Positions 37,668-48,347 of a stretch of 64,000 nt of DNA are shown in pieces; position 1 is the stretch's first letter; each line of letters opens with the position of its first letter. The notes under the pieces were generated by a model. That model saw only the letters and a list, made by a program, of their open reading frames with translations. It searched no databases and was not told the DNA's origin. This stretch comes from an uncultured Thermoleophilia bacterium (lineage in GTDB: Bacteria > Actinomycetota > Thermoleophilia > UBA2241), in NCBI GenBank assembly GCA_963702475.1, contig CAVPCT010000003.1:1-64000 (forward strand), read 5' to 3'. The translations under genes and the position numbers were made by a program.

Positions 37668-38383
37668 TGAAGAGGGAAGACGCAGGCATACGGGAGCGAC
37701 CCACCCGCATCCTGGTCGTGGACGACGAGGAGCAGATCCGCCGCGCGCTCACGTCCATTCTGAAGACCCGCGGCTACTCGCTCGACCTGGTCGGCACGGG
37801 GCAGGACGCCCTGCTGCACGCCATCGACACGCCTCCCGACCTCGTGATCCTCGACCTGGGCCTGCCCGACATGAGCGGCATCGAGGTCTGCGGGGAGCTT
37901 CGCACCTGGATGAGCGCTCCCATCCTCATCCTGTCGGTGCACGCGGCGGAGACCGACAAGATCCGGGCGCTCGACGAAGGCGCCGACGACTACCTCACCA
38001 AGCCGTTCTCGGCCGGCGAGCTGCTGGCGCGGATCCGGGCGCTGCTGCGCCGGGCCGCAGACATCGCCTCGCCACCGCCGGTGATCGTCGTCGGCGACCT
38101 CACCGTGGACATCGCCCGCCGCCGCGTGACATCCGGCGGGCGGGAGGTCTCGCTCACCCCCACCGAGTTCGACATCCTCGCGTATCTCGCGCGCAACGCG
38201 GGCCTCGTCGTCACCCAGAAGATGATCCTGGAGCAGGTGTGGGGCCCCGAGTGGGCGGAGGATGCGCAGACGCTGCGCGTGCACGTGAGTCACCTGCGCA
38301 AGAAGCTCGAGACGACGCCGGGGGGACCGCGGTACATCATCACCGAGCCCGGGGTGGGCTTCCGGCTGGCGGAGGCCGGCTGA
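37667..38383 (+). CDS. kdpE: KdpE response regulator (OmpR family)
   Basis: ILVVDDE, LDLGLPD, GADDYLTKPF, YIITEPGVGFR; ATG overlaps the kinase stop. Confidence 0.9.
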   Translation: MKREDAGIRERPTRILVVDDEEQIRRALTSILKTRGYSLDLVGTGQDALLHAIDTPPDLVILDLGLPDMSGIEVCGELRTWMSAPILILSVHAAETDKIRALDEGADDYLTKPFSAGELLARIRALLRRAADIASPPPVIVVGDLTVDIARRRVTSGGREVSLTPTEFDILAYLARNAGLVVTQKMILEQVWGPEWAEDAQTLRVHVSHLRKKLETTPGGPRYIITEPGVGFRLAEAG

Positions 38384-38440
38384 CGGTCGCGAAGTGCGCC
38401 GGGTCGCGCCGGCGGCGGACGCGGCGCTCAGGCCGGCGAC

Positions 38441-38489
38441 CTTCACAGACTCTTTATCCCACGCGACCGGGCGTTCACGGCTCCTTAAG
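38441..38489 (+). promoter_or_regulatory. Putative KdpE-binding direct-repeat array (11/21/11 spacing)
   Basis: CTTCAC 38441, CTTTAT 38452, GTTCAC 38473, CTTAAG 38484. Confidence 0.6.
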
Positions 38490-38556
38490 GCACCTCCGGG
38501 TACGGTCCGCAGTGAAAGGACCGCGCCGCTTCGGCGGCAAGAACGCGGAGGCAGCC

Positions 38557-38751
38557 ATGTTCCTCCTTGAAGAGATCCTCATCGAAGTCGCGATGATCGC
38601 CTCGGTGGTCGCGGGTATCGGATGCCTCGCCTACCTGCTCCAGGAGAGCTTCCGCGAGAGTGTCGGCCGGCGGCGCCGCGAACGCGAGCGGCGCGCCGCC
38701 CTGGCCGCGCTCGCCAGGCAGTCCTGGAAAGACCAGGGCCGGAACGTCTGA
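38557..38751 (+). CDS. Small membrane protein (64 aa) at the head of the kdp operon
   Basis: GGAGG RBS; one TM helix followed by an Arg-rich tail. Confidence 0.6.
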   Translation: MFLLEEILIEVAMIASVVAGIGCLAYLLQESFRESVGRRRRERERRAALAALARQSWKDQGRNV

Positions 38752-38773
38752 CGCGCCGCATCGGGCCGTCACC

Positions 38774-38857
38774 GTGGGCGACTTCGTCTTCATAGCGCTC
38801 GTGCTCGCCTTCTTCCTGCTGGCCGCGCTGTACGCCCGCGCCGCGCCGCGCCTCTGA
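38774..38857 (+). CDS. 27-aa hydrophobic peptide upstream of kdpF
   Basis: GTG start; MGDFVFIALVLAFFLLAALYARAAPRL. Confidence 0.6.
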   Translation: MGDFVFIALVLAFFLLAALYARAAPRL

Positions 38858-38867
38858 GGAGAGCGCC

Positions 38868-38957
38868 GTGAGCATCATCGACGGCGTGCTCCTCGTCATC
38901 GCCGGGTGCCTCGCCGGCTACGTCCTCTACGCCCTCCTGCGGCCGGAGAAGTTCTGA
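38868..38957 (+). CDS. kdpF: K+-transporting ATPase subunit F
   Basis: MSIIDGVLLVIAGCLAGYVLYALLRPEKF; GAGGAG RBS; directly before kdpA. Confidence 0.9.
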   Translation: MSIIDGVLLVIAGCLAGYVLYALLRPEKF

Positions 38958-38963
38958 CCCGTC

Positions 38964-40688
38964 ATGGCGTGGGGGATCCTCCAGATCGTCGTCCTGATCG
39001 TGCTCGTGGTGCTCGTCACCAAGCCGCTGGGCACGTACATGGCACACGTCTATCGCGGGGAGCGGACCTTTCTCGACCCCGTGGCCCGCCCGGTCGAGCG
39101 CTTCATCTATCGTCTTACAGGCGTCGACGAGAAGCGCGAGATGGGCGTGTGGGGCTATGCGAGCGCATTCCTCGTCTTCAACCTCATCGTCCTTCTCTTC
39201 CTCTACGTCCTTCTCCGCACCCAGGCGTATCTGCCGCTGAACCCCGCGCACGTGCCCAACATGGACTCCTGGATGGCATTCAACACGGCCGTCAGCTTCG
39301 CCACGAACACCAACTGGCAGGTCTACGTCCCCGAGACGTCCGTGAGCTATCTGACCCAGATGCTCGGCCTCGCGCGCGAGAACTTCGTCTCAGCTGCGGT
39401 GGGCATGGCGGTGGCCGTCGCCTTCATCCGCGGTCTCACCCGGCACACCACCAAAGAGCTCGGCAACTTCTGGGTCGACCTCACGCGGAGCATCATCTGG
39501 ATCCTGCTGCCGATCTCCATCGTCGGCGGCCTGGTGCTGGTCTCCCAGGGTGTCGTGCAGAACCTCGACGCGCCGACGAAAGCCCTCACCGTCCAGGGCG
39601 TGACGCAGACCATCGCCCAGGGGCCGTTCGCCTCCCAGGAGATCATCAAGGAGCTGGGCACGAACGGAGGCGGATCCTACAACGCCAACTCGGCACACCC
39701 GTACGAGAACCCGACGCCGCTCACGAACCTCCTCGAGATGCTGGCGATCCTCGCCATCCCCGCCTCTTTGACCTACACGTTCGGACGTTTCGCGGGGAAC
39801 CAGCGGCAGGGCTGGGCCCTGTTCGTGGCCGCGGCGGTGATCCTGGTGATGAGCGTGTCGGTCATGTACTGGAGCGAGCAGAAGGGCAACCCGATCCTCG
39901 CCAGGCAGGGGGCCGACCAGGCGCTCACGGCGACACAGAACGGCGGCAACCAGGAGGGCAAGGAGGTCCGCTTCGGCATCGCCAACTCGGCGTTGTGGGC
40001 GTCGCTCACCACCGCCACCTCCACCGGCGCTGTGAACAGTTCCCACGACAGCCTGACCCCGCTCGCCGGTGGGATGGCCATGCTCAACATCGCTCTCGGC
40101 GAGGTGGTGTTCGGAGGGGTGGGCGTGGGCCTCATGGGCCTCCTCGTCATGGCCATCCTCGCGGTCTTCATCGCCGGCCTCATGGTCGGTCGCACGCCCG
40201 AGTACCTCGGCAAGAAGATCGAGGGCCGCGAGATGAAGCTCGCCGTGCTCGCGGTCCTGTACTTCAGCGTCTCGGCACTCGGGTTGTCGGCGCTCGCGGC
40301 CGTCCTCCCGGCCGGGAGTGACCCCATCCTCAATCAAGGACCGCACGGGCTGTCCGAGATGCTGTACGCGGCCTTCTCCCAGACCGGCAACAACGGCAGC
40401 GCCATGGCTGGGATCACGGTGAGCGGCAAGTTCTGGGCCACGCTCGGCGGCATCGCGATGCTGTGGGGGCGCCTGTTCTTCATCATCCCCTGTCTCGCTC
40501 TCGCCGGCTCGCTGGCCGTCAAGAAGAAGGTGCCGGAATCCAGCGGCACCTTCCCCACCACCGGCCCCATTTTCGTGGTGCTGCTCCTGGGTGTGATCCT
40601 CATCGTTGGGGCCCTCACCTACCTGCCGGCGCTGGTGCTTGGGCCGATCCTCGAGCAACTGCTGATGAACGCCGGCAAGGTGTTCTGA
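38964..40688 (+). CDS. kdpA: K+-transporting ATPase subunit A
   Basis: [38 protein letters not shown]. Confidence 0.97.
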   Translation: MAWGILQIVVLIVLVVLVTKPLGTYMAHVYRGERTFLDPVARPVERFIYRLTGVDEKREMGVWGYASAFLVFNLIVLLFLYVLLRTQAYLPLNPAHVPNMDSWMAFNTAVSFATNTNWQVYVPETSVSYLTQMLGLARENFVSAAVGMAVAVAFIRGLTRHTTKELGNFWVDLTRSIIWILLPISIVGGLVLVSQGVVQNLDAPTKALTVQGVTQTIAQGPFASQEIIKELGTNGGGSYNANSAHPYENPTPLTNLLEMLAILAIPASLTYTFGRFAGNQRQGWALFVAAAVILVMSVSVMYWSEQKGNPILARQGADQALTATQNGGNQEGKEVRFGIANSALWASLTTATSTGAVNSSHDSLTPLAGGMAMLNIALGEVVFGGVGVGLMGLLVMAILAVFIAGLMVGRTPEYLGKKIEGREMKLAVLAVLYFSVSALGLSALAAVLPAGSDPILNQGPHGLSEMLYAAFSQTGNNGSAMAGITVSGKFWATLGGIAMLWGRLFFIIPCLALAGSLAVKKKVPESSGTFPTTGPIFVVLLLGVILIVGALTYLPALVLGPILEQLLMNAGKVF

Positions 40689-40698
40689 GTCCACGGAC

Positions 40699-42813
40699 AT
40701 GAGCACTGAGACCGAACCACAGACCGACCGGCAGCAGGTGGCGGGACGCCCGGCACACGACCCGGGCGGGACTCACGCAGGCCTCACCGCGAAGCCGCGG
40801 CGGGCCGGCATGCGCGAGCTCATCTGGCCCGCAGTCGCCCGCTCCTTCGTCAAGCTCGACCCGCGCGACGTCGCCCACAACCCCGTCATGTTCGTGGTCG
40901 AGGTGGGCAGCGTCATCACGACGATCGCCTTCATCAACGACCTGCTCCGCGGGGGGTCCATCTTCTTCGTGGGCTCCGTGTCGGCCTGGCTTTGGTTCAC
41001 CGTTCTGTTCGCCAACTTCGCCACGGCCATGGCGGAGGGGCGCGGCAAGGCGCAGGCGGAGGCGCTTCGCAAGACACGGACCGAGACCTTGGCCAACCTG
41101 CGGGTGGACGGCAGGATCACCCAGGTACCCAGCGCCCGGCTGCGCAAGGGCGACGTTGTGATCGTGAGCGCCGGTGAGGTCATTCCCGGCGACGGCGAGG
41201 TCATCGAGGGCATCGCCTCCGTGGATGAGTCGGCCATCACCGGGGAGTCGGCACCCGTCATCCGCGAGAGCGGGGGCGACCGTAGCGCCGTCACCGGCGG
41301 CACGCGCGTGCTGTCGGACCGTATCGTGGTGGAGATCACCTCGGACCCCGGAGAGACCTTCCTCGACCGCATGATCGCTCTGGTCGAGGGCGCCGAACGC
41401 CAGAAGACGCCCAACGAGATAGCCCTCAACATCCTTCTGGCGGGGCTCACGATCATCTTCATCATCGTGGTGGTCACTCTGCAGCCGTACGCCATCTACA
41501 GCGGCGCCCCCGTGACCGCCACCGTCCTGATCGCCCTGCTCGTGTGCCTCATCCCGACCACCATCGGCGGGCTGCTGTCGGCCATCGGCATCGCCGGCAT
41601 GGACCGTCTGGTGCGCCACAACGTGCTGGCCATGTCGGGGCGTGCCGTGGAGGCCGCCGGCGACGTGGACACACTGCTGCTCGACAAGACTGGCACGATA
41701 ACCCTCGGCAACCGTCAGGCGGTCGCCTTCATCCCCGTGCCGGGCGTGACCGAGCAGGAGCTCGCCGACGCGGCACAGCTGGCGTCGCTGGCCGACGAGA
41801 CGCCGGAGGGCCGCTCCGTCGTGGTGCTGGCCAAGGACTTCGGCATCCGCGCCCGTCACATCGATCCCGAGAGCGCCAGCTTCGTGGAGTTCACGGCGCA
41901 GACCCGCATGAGCGGCATCGACCTCGACGGCCACTCGATCCGCAAGGGAGCCGGCGACGCTGTGGTCTCCTGGGTCCGCAGCCGGGGCGGCGAGGTGCCT
42001 CCGGAGCTCGAGGTCGCGATGCGGGATGTCTCCAACGAGGGGGGCACGCCGCTCGCCGTGGCCCGCGACGACCGGGCCCTCGGGGTCATCCAGCTCAAGG
42101 ACATCGTCAAGGGCGGCATGCGCGAGCGCTTCGACCAGCTGCGCGCCATGGGTATCCGGACCGTGATGATCACCGGGGACAACCCCCTGACGGCCGCGGT
42201 CATCGCCGAGGAGGCCGGCGTGGACGACTTCCTCGCCGAGGCCACACCCGAGGCCAAGATGGAGCTGATCAAGCGCGAGCAGCAGCAGGGCAAGCTGGTG
42301 GCGATGACGGGCGACGGCACCAACGACGCCCCCGCGCTGGCCCAGGCCGATGTGGGCGTCGCCATGAACACCGGCACGGTGGCCGCCAAGGAGGCCGGCA
42401 ACATGGTGGACCTGGACTCCAATCCCACCAAGCTCATCGAGATCGTGGAGATCGGCAAGCAGTTGCTGATCACGCGAGGGGCCCTCACGACGTTCAGCAC
42501 CGCCAACGACGTGGCCAAGTACTTCGCCATCATCCCGGCGATGTTCATGGTCGCCTTTCCCGAGCTGGCGACGCTCAACGTGATGGGACTGCACTCGCCG
42601 AACAGCGCCGTGCTTTCGGCGGTCATCTTCAACGCCGTTATCATCGTCCTGCTGATCCCGCTGGCCCTCCGCGGCGTGAAGTTCCGGCCCGTCGGGGCCG
42701 CCGCCCTGCTGCGCCACAACCTGCTCGTCTACGGGCTCGGCGGCGTCGTCGTCCCGTTCGTCGGCATCAAGCTCATCGACCTCATCCTGGTCGCTCTGGG
42801 ACTCGCGTCGTAG
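40699..42813 (+). CDS. kdpB: K+-transporting ATPase subunit B
   Basis: [35 protein letters not shown]. Confidence 0.97.
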   Translation: MSTETEPQTDRQQVAGRPAHDPGGTHAGLTAKPRRAGMRELIWPAVARSFVKLDPRDVAHNPVMFVVEVGSVITTIAFINDLLRGGSIFFVGSVSAWLWFTVLFANFATAMAEGRGKAQAEALRKTRTETLANLRVDGRITQVPSARLRKGDVVIVSAGEVIPGDGEVIEGIASVDESAITGESAPVIRESGGDRSAVTGGTRVLSDRIVVEITSDPGETFLDRMIALVEGAERQKTPNEIALNILLAGLTIIFIIVVVTLQPYAIYSGAPVTATVLIALLVCLIPTTIGGLLSAIGIAGMDRLVRHNVLAMSGRAVEAAGDVDTLLLDKTGTITLGNRQAVAFIPVPGVTEQELADAAQLASLADETPEGRSVVVLAKDFGIRARHIDPESASFVEFTAQTRMSGIDLDGHSIRKGAGDAVVSWVRSRGGEVPPELEVAMRDVSNEGGTPLAVARDDRALGVIQLKDIVKGGMRERFDQLRAMGIRTVMITGDNPLTAAVIAEEAGVDDFLAEATPEAKMELIKREQQQGKLVAMTGDGTNDAPALAQADVGVAMNTGTVAAKEAGNMVDLDSNPTKLIEIVEIGKQLLITRGALTTFSTANDVAKYFAIIPAMFMVAFPELATLNVMGLHSPNSAVLSAVIFNAVIIVLLIPLALRGVKFRPVGAAALLRHNLLVYGLGGVVVPFVGIKLIDLILVALGLAS

Positions 42814-42823
42814 GAGAAGTACA

Positions 42824-43420
42824 GTGCGCAGCACACTCGGCATCGCTGTCCGGATGGTCATCGTCACCGCGGTGCTCCTCGGCCTGATCTACCCGCTCGC
42901 CATGACCGGCGCCGCCCAGGTGCTCTTCCCTTCGAAGGCCGACGGGAGCTTGGTGGAGGTCGACGGCAGGGTCGTCGGCTCCTCGCTCATCGCCCAGGCC
43001 TTCAGCTCGCCGGAGTACTTCCAACCCCGTCCGTCCGCCGCGGGCGAAGGCTACGATGGTATGTACTCCTCGTTCTCCAACCTCGGCCCCACGAGTAAGG
43101 TGTTGCGTGACAGGGTACGAGCGGACGTGGCCTCCCAGATCGAGGCCAATCCCGCTCTGGAGTTCGGGGAGGTGCCGATCGATATGGTGACGGCGTCGGC
43201 GAGCGGTCTCGACCCGGACATCAGCGTGGCCAACGCCCGAGCCCAGGCCGCGCGCGTCGCGGAGGCGCGGGGTCTGCCCCTGCCGCGCGTGCTCGCGCTC
43301 GTCGACGAGCAGACCACCGGGCGGCAGCTCGGCTTCCTTGGCGAGCCGCGCGTGAACGTGCTCGAGCTGAACCTGGCGCTCGACCGGCTCGAGGAATCGT
43401 CCACCGCGACCCGCTTATGA
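42824..43420 (+). CDS. kdpC: K+-transporting ATPase subunit C
   Basis: YFQPRPSA, TASASGLDPDIS, GEPRVNVLELNLALD. Confidence 0.97.
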   Translation: MRSTLGIAVRMVIVTAVLLGLIYPLAMTGAAQVLFPSKADGSLVEVDGRVVGSSLIAQAFSSPEYFQPRPSAAGEGYDGMYSSFSNLGPTSKVLRDRVRADVASQIEANPALEFGEVPIDMVTASASGLDPDISVANARAQAARVAEARGLPLPRVLALVDEQTTGRQLGFLGEPRVNVLELNLALDRLEESSTATRL

Positions 43421-44568
43421 GTGGCGGCCTCGAGGCTGCCGCGGAGGCGGCGGAGGTCTTCTCGCTCCGCACGCTGCGCAAGCGCGGCCGTCTGAAGGTC
43501 TTCCTGGGCTACGCCCCCGGCGTCGGCAAGACCTACATGATGCTCAATGAGGCGCACCGCCGTTGTTCGCGCGGCGAAGACGTGGTGATCGGTTTCGTCG
43601 AGACACACGGCCGCAGCGAGACGGCTGAGGCGGCCGAGGGCCTCGAGCAGGTGCCGCTCAAAGAGCTCGGGTATCGCGGCAAGACGTTCCTCGAGCTCGA
43701 CACGGCCGCGGTCATCGCGAGGGCGCCCACCGTGGCGCTCGTCGACGAGCTGGCCCACACCAACACGCCCGGAACCAAGCACCTCAAGCGCTGGCAGAGC
43801 GTCGAGGAGATCCTCGCCGCCGGCATCGACGTGCTGACCACCGTGAACGTGCAGCACGTCGAGAGCCTGAACGACACCGTGCGCCAGATCACGGGTGTGC
43901 ACGTCCAGGAGACCGTGCCCGACTTCGTGCTGGACCGCGCCGACGAGATCGTGCTCGTGGACCTCACGACGAGCGCCCTCCTGAACCGGCTCAAACGTGG
44001 CGCGGTCTACGACCTGAACACGGTCCCTGGTGCGCTCGCCAACTTCTTCAAACAGGAGAACCTGGTGGCGCTCCGCGAACTGGCTCTCCGCAAGGCTGCG
44101 GAAGAGGTCGACGAGAGCCTGGAGCGGTTCATCGCCGGGCGGCGCACCGACGAAGTGTGGGCGACGGAAGAACGCGTGGTCGTCTGCGTGCAGCCGAGTG
44201 AGGTTGCAGCGAAGCTGATCCGCCGCGGGCACCGCCTTGCGCACCGCTTTCGGGGCACGTTCTGGGTGGTGTATGTGCACAGGGGTTCTCAGTCGCCGGC
44301 GACGAAACGGGAGATCAAGCGCCTCTTCGATCTCGCGCACGAGCTCGGCGGCCACACAGAGGAACTGACCGGTGAGTCCGCGGCCGACGAGATCCTGGAG
44401 TTCGTGCGCAACAAGCGTGCCACCTTCCTCGTGCTGGGCCAGTCCAAGCGGAGTCGCACGACCGAGGTGCTGAGAGGCTCCTCGCTCGTCCAGCGCTTGA
44501 TGAGGTGTGATCTCCCTGCCGACATCCTCGTCGTCGCCGATCCCAGCAAGGCGGAGCCGGGGAGTTAA
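43417..44568 (+). CDS. kdpD: KdpD N-terminal domain plus Usp domain (stand-alone)
   Basis: RGRLKVFLGYAPGVGKTY, VDELAHTN, TTVNVQHVESLND; no TM or kinase part. Confidence 0.93.
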   Translation: MSGGLEAAAEAAEVFSLRTLRKRGRLKVFLGYAPGVGKTYMMLNEAHRRCSRGEDVVIGFVETHGRSETAEAAEGLEQVPLKELGYRGKTFLELDTAAVIARAPTVALVDELAHTNTPGTKHLKRWQSVEEILAAGIDVLTTVNVQHVESLNDTVRQITGVHVQETVPDFVLDRADEIVLVDLTTSALLNRLKRGAVYDLNTVPGALANFFKQENLVALRELALRKAAEEVDESLERFIAGRRTDEVWATEERVVVCVQPSEVAAKLIRRGHRLAHRFRGTFWVVYVHRGSQSPATKREIKRLFDLAHELGGHTEELTGESAADEILEFVRNKRATFLVLGQSKRSRTTEVLRGSSLVQRLMRCDLPADILVVADPSKAEPGS

Positions 44569-44612
44569 CGGGTTCTTCACGCCCGCGGTCGCCCGATTAA
44601 CACCCAGCACAC
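44564..44612 (+). promoter_or_regulatory. Second direct-repeat array with the same 11/21/11 spacing
   Basis: GTTAAC 44564, CTTCAC 44575, ATTAAC 44596, GCACAC 44607. Confidence 0.5.
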
Positions 44613-44688
44613 GCGGCGCGGACTACCCTCCTTCGTGTGTGAGCCGTTTCCGCCTGCGCTCTCAGGCGGCGTCAGATGGAGGCGATGC

Positions 44689-47600
44689 GTGGCTCTCCTC
44701 GACCACGGCTCGTCCCGACACGGGACCAGCCGACCCGCAGTCCTTGAGCTCCCGCCCGAGGTGGACGATCCAGTCGCGGTCACGCTCGTCCGCTCCATGG
44801 GCGGCGACGGCAGCGGGCCGGCCGGCGCGGGGCCTGACCGCCCGGCCGGCCCCGCGCCGGCGGTCGAGCTCTGGCAGCTCCCCGACGACGAGGTGTTCGA
44901 GCATCTCGGCTCCTCCCGGGCGGGTCTGACCGAAGACGAGGCCTTCAGACGCCTGCAGCAGAACGGCCGCAACGTGCTGCCGGCCCACGTCAGCCGGCCG
45001 ATCATCTACAAGTTCATCGACCAGTTCACGTCGCTGTTCGCGATCATGCTCGAGGTGGCGGCGGCCCTCGTCTTCGTCGCCGCCCTGCTCTCCACGGGCC
45101 AGAGTCGTCAGGACAACATCAACGTCACCATCGCCATCCTCGGCGTCGTCCTCCTGAACGGCGTCATCGGCTTCTTTCAGGAGTACCGCGCCGAGAAGGC
45201 CACGGAGGCGTTGCAGAAGCTGGTACCGGCCAACGCCAAGGCGGTGCGCGACGGCGAGGTGACTCTGGTCGCCGCGGCCGAGCTGGTCCCCGGCGACGTC
45301 ATCGTCCTCGAAGAGGGCGACAGCATCAGCGCAGACGCGCGCGTGGTGCGCCAGTACGAGCTCGCCACAAACAACATCGCGCTCACGGGCGAGTCGGACC
45401 CGGTGCGCAAGACAGCGGATGCGATCCTCGAGGAGGAGCTCGCCGTCATCAACATGCCGAACCTGGTGTTCATGGGCACCAGTGTCGCTTCCGGCACGGG
45501 CCGTGCCGTGGTGTCCAGCACCGGCCTGGAGACAGAGTTCGGGCGTATTTTCGCGCTCACCGCCGGAGTCGAGGATGAGCGGTCGCCGCTGCTCAGGGAG
45601 ATCGACCGTATGGCGCGGACCGTCTCCTTCATCGCCGTCGGCTGTGGCGTCCTGCTGTTCGTGCTGGCGCTTCTCGTCTTCAGCTTCGGCGTGGTCCCGG
45701 CCCTGCTGTTCGCGCTCGGGGTGATGGTGGCACTCGTGCCGGAGGGCCTGCCGGCGACCATGTCGGTCGCCCTCTCCATCGGCGTGCAGCGCATGGCCAA
45801 GGTGAAAGCGCTCATCAAGAAGCTGGCCAGCGTCGAGACGCTCGGCTGCACGAACGTCATCTGCACCGACAAGACCGGTACCCTCACGAAGGCCGAGATG
45901 ACGGTCAAAGGGCTGTACATCGACGGCCGGGCGGTCGAGGTGACCGGCGCCGGGTACCAACCCGTCGGCGGGTTCGTGCTCGACGGTATGGAGCTTCGCC
46001 GCGAGGATGCGAAGCGGCGGCTCGAGCCCATGATGCGCGCCATGACGTTCTGCAACGACGCCAAGGTGCTGGCGCCGTTGGAGGACCAGGGCTGGCGCGT
46101 GATCGGCGACCCTACGGAGGGCAGCCTCCTGGTCGCGGCGCAGAAGGCCGACTTCGACCTGCAGACCGAGCTCATCGAGCGTCCCAAGGTCTACGAGCTG
46201 CCGTTCGAGTCGCTGCGCAAGCGCATGTCCGTCGTCCACGTGGAGGGCGACGGCCAGAAGGCCTACGTGAAGGGCGCGCCGTCCGAGACCATCTCGCGCT
46301 GCACCCACATGCGCCTCGACGGCGACGTGGTGGCCATGACCCCGGTGCTGCGCGAGCGCATCTTCGCCCAGAACGACGAGATGTCGCGCCAGGCTCTCCG
46401 CGTGCTGGCCGTGTGCGAGCGCGACCTGCCCAGCGAACTGGTCGAGTACACGACGGACACCGTCGAGACCGACCTCACCTTCCTCGGTCTCGTCGGCATG
46501 ATCGACCCGCCGCGGCCGGAGGTGACCGAGGCGGTCGAGCACGCCCTGACGGCCGGCATCCGCATCATCATGGTCACGGGAGACTACGGCCTGACGGCCG
46601 AGGCCATCGCCCGCCGCATCGGCATCGTGCGCGGCGAGCGCCACGTGCGCGTCATCACCGGCGTGGACCTGGAGGGGATGACCTCCGACGACCTCAAGGC
46701 GGAGCTCGAGAAGCCGCAGGATCTGATCTTCGCGAGGGTGGCTCCGGAGCACAAGATGCAGGTGGTCAGTGCGCTGAAGGAGCAGGGTCAGATCGTGGCC
46801 GTCACAGGCGACGGCGTGAACGACGCGCCGGCCCTCAAGAAGGCCGACATCGGCGTGGCCATGGGCCTCACCGGCACCGACGTGGCGCGTGAGGCGGCCA
46901 CGATGATCCTGCTGGACGACAGCTTCGCCAGCATCATCAAGGCCGTGGAGCAAGGCCGCGGCGTGTACGCGAACGTCAAGAAGATGGTGACCTACGTCTT
47001 CTCGCACAACATGGCCGAGCTCTTCCCGTTCGTGTTCGCCGCCCTTGGCGGTGTCGGGCTCGTGCCGCTCGGCGCGCTGCAGGTGCTCGCCATCGACCTG
47101 GGCTCGGACGTGCTGCCGGGGCTCGCGCTCGGCACCGAGCACCCCGAGCCCGGCGTCATGGATCAGCCGCCGCGCTCGCGCGGCGAGCGCCTCATGAGCC
47201 GCTCCACGCTTGGCCGCGTGGTCTTCATCGGCGCCATCCAGTCGGCGTTCGCAGTTGCCGGGTTCCTCTACGTCCTGCTGTCGAACGGCTGGACCTGGGG
47301 CGATGCCAGCTGGATGGACCCGTCCAGCCCCTACTATGCCTTCTACCGCGAGGCCATCACCATGACCCAGGCAGCCATCGTGGCCGGCCAGTTCGCCAAC
47401 GGGTTCGGCTGCCGCACCGAGCGCGAGTCCCTGTTCAAGGTCGGCCTCTTCACCAACAAGTTCCTGCTACTCAGCGAGATCGCCGGCGTCGGCATCATGT
47501 GCGCCATCTCGTACGTGCCGTTCCTGCAGGGTATCTTCAAGACCGGCCCGCTCACCCTGGCGGACTGGGGGTTCCTCGCCGTCGCGGCGGTCGTCTTGTT

Positions 47601-47697
47601 CTTCGCCGAGGAGGCGAGAAAATGGTTCCTGCGGCGCAGAGACTCAAGAAGGGCGCTGCCGGCCGCCAACGTCACCGGGAGGGAGTCAGCGGCATGA
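44689..47697 (+). CDS. Cation-transporting P-type ATPase, type II (Na/K-ATPase-like TM signature)
   Basis: LTGES, VPEGL, ICTDKTGTLT, KGAP, TGDGVNDAPAL; M6 LAIDLGSD. Confidence 0.93.
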   Translation: MALLDHGSSRHGTSRPAVLELPPEVDDPVAVTLVRSMGGDGSGPAGAGPDRPAGPAPAVELWQLPDDEVFEHLGSSRAGLTEDEAFRRLQQNGRNVLPAHVSRPIIYKFIDQFTSLFAIMLEVAAALVFVAALLSTGQSRQDNINVTIAILGVVLLNGVIGFFQEYRAEKATEALQKLVPANAKAVRDGEVTLVAAAELVPGDVIVLEEGDSISADARVVRQYELATNNIALTGESDPVRKTADAILEEELAVINMPNLVFMGTSVASGTGRAVVSSTGLETEFGRIFALTAGVEDERSPLLREIDRMARTVSFIAVGCGVLLFVLALLVFSFGVVPALLFALGVMVALVPEGLPATMSVALSIGVQRMAKVKALIKKLASVETLGCTNVICTDKTGTLTKAEMTVKGLYIDGRAVEVTGAGYQPVGGFVLDGMELRREDAKRRLEPMMRAMTFCNDAKVLAPLEDQGWRVIGDPTEGSLLVAAQKADFDLQTELIERPKVYELPFESLRKRMSVVHVEGDGQKAYVKGAPSETISRCTHMRLDGDVVAMTPVLRERIFAQNDEMSRQALRVLAVCERDLPSELVEYTTDTVETDLTFLGLVGMIDPPRPEVTEAVEHALTAGIRIIMVTGDYGLTAEAIARRIGIVRGERHVRVITGVDLEGMTSDDLKAELEKPQDLIFARVAPEHKMQVVSALKEQGQIVAVTGDGVNDAPALKKADIGVAMGLTGTDVAREAATMILLDDSFASIIKAVEQGRGVYANVKKMVTYVFSHNMAELFPFVFAALGGVGLVPLGALQVLAIDLGSDVLPGLALGTEHPEPGVMDQPPRSRGERLMSRSTLGRVVFIGAIQSAFAVAGFLYVLLSNGWTWGDASWMDPSSPYYAFYREAITMTQAAIVAGQFANGFGCRTERESLFKVGLFTNKFLLLSEIAGVGIMCAISYVPFLQGIFKTGPLTLADWGFLAVAAVVLFFAEEARKWFLRRRDSRRALPAANVTGRESAA

Positions 47698-48347
47698 AGG
47701 TGATCATCGTCGGGTGCGGAAGGGTGGGCGCCCACACCGCCGCCGAGCTCGCCCGGGAAGGGCACGACGTGGTCGTGATCGATAAGGACCCCACGTCCTT
47801 CCGCCTGCTCCCCAACGGCTTCAAAGGACGCACGATCGAGGGGTACGCCTTCGAGCGCTCCGTCCTCGAGGCTGCCGGCATCGCCGAGGCCGACGCCCTG
47901 GTGGCCGCCACGTCCGGCGACAACACCAACGCGGTGACGGCGCGCGTGGCCAAGGAGGTCTACCGCGTGCCGGACGTCATCAGCCGCATCTACGACCCGC
48001 AGCGCGCCGAGATCTACCGCCGCTACGGCGTCCAGACCTTCGCGCCCACGGCCTGGAGCTCGGGCAAGATCATCGAGCTCATCACCAGTGCCGACCTGGA
48101 GCGGGAGCAGTCGTTCGGCAACGGCGAGATCCAGATGCTGGCGGCGTGGGTGCCCGAGCACCTGGTTGGCAAACCGGTCAACGATCTGCGCATTCCCGGG
48201 GAGATCCGCGTGGCCCTCATCGTGCGCATGGGACGCGGCCTCCTCCCGGTCTCCGGCACCACGTTCGAGAAGGACGACCAGGTGCACGTGCTGGTGCACG
48301 CGGCGGCCGTCGACAGGTTCCAGAGGATGATGGGGTGGAAGCGATGA
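47694..48347 (+). CDS. trkA: TrkA family RCK protein
   Basis: MKVIIVGCGRVG; ATSGDNTN; TrkA-C tail; ATGA overlap with the ATPase. Confidence 0.9.
   Translation: MKVIIVGCGRVGAHTAAELAREGHDVVVIDKDPTSFRLLPNGFKGRTIEGYAFERSVLEAAGIAEADALVAATSGDNTNAVTARVAKEVYRVPDVISRIYDPQRAEIYRRYGVQTFAPTAWSSGKIIELITSADLEREQSFGNGEIQMLAAWVPEHLVGKPVNDLRIPGEIRVALIVRMGRGLLPVSGTTFEKDDQVHVLVHAAAVDRFQRMMGWKR

Noticed and set aside
39360-39390. KdpA GLARENF instead of the usual GLTVQNF
   Set aside because: Selectivity-filter motifs (TNTNWQ, GTNGGG, NNGSA) are intact; a local variant or sequencing error cannot be interpreted
44662-47142. Long antisense ORFs (e.g. 44662-47142, 40615-42867, 59300-61870, 31430-33046, 7147-8241)
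   Set aside because: Shadows of real genes caused by high third-position GC; no motifs of their own
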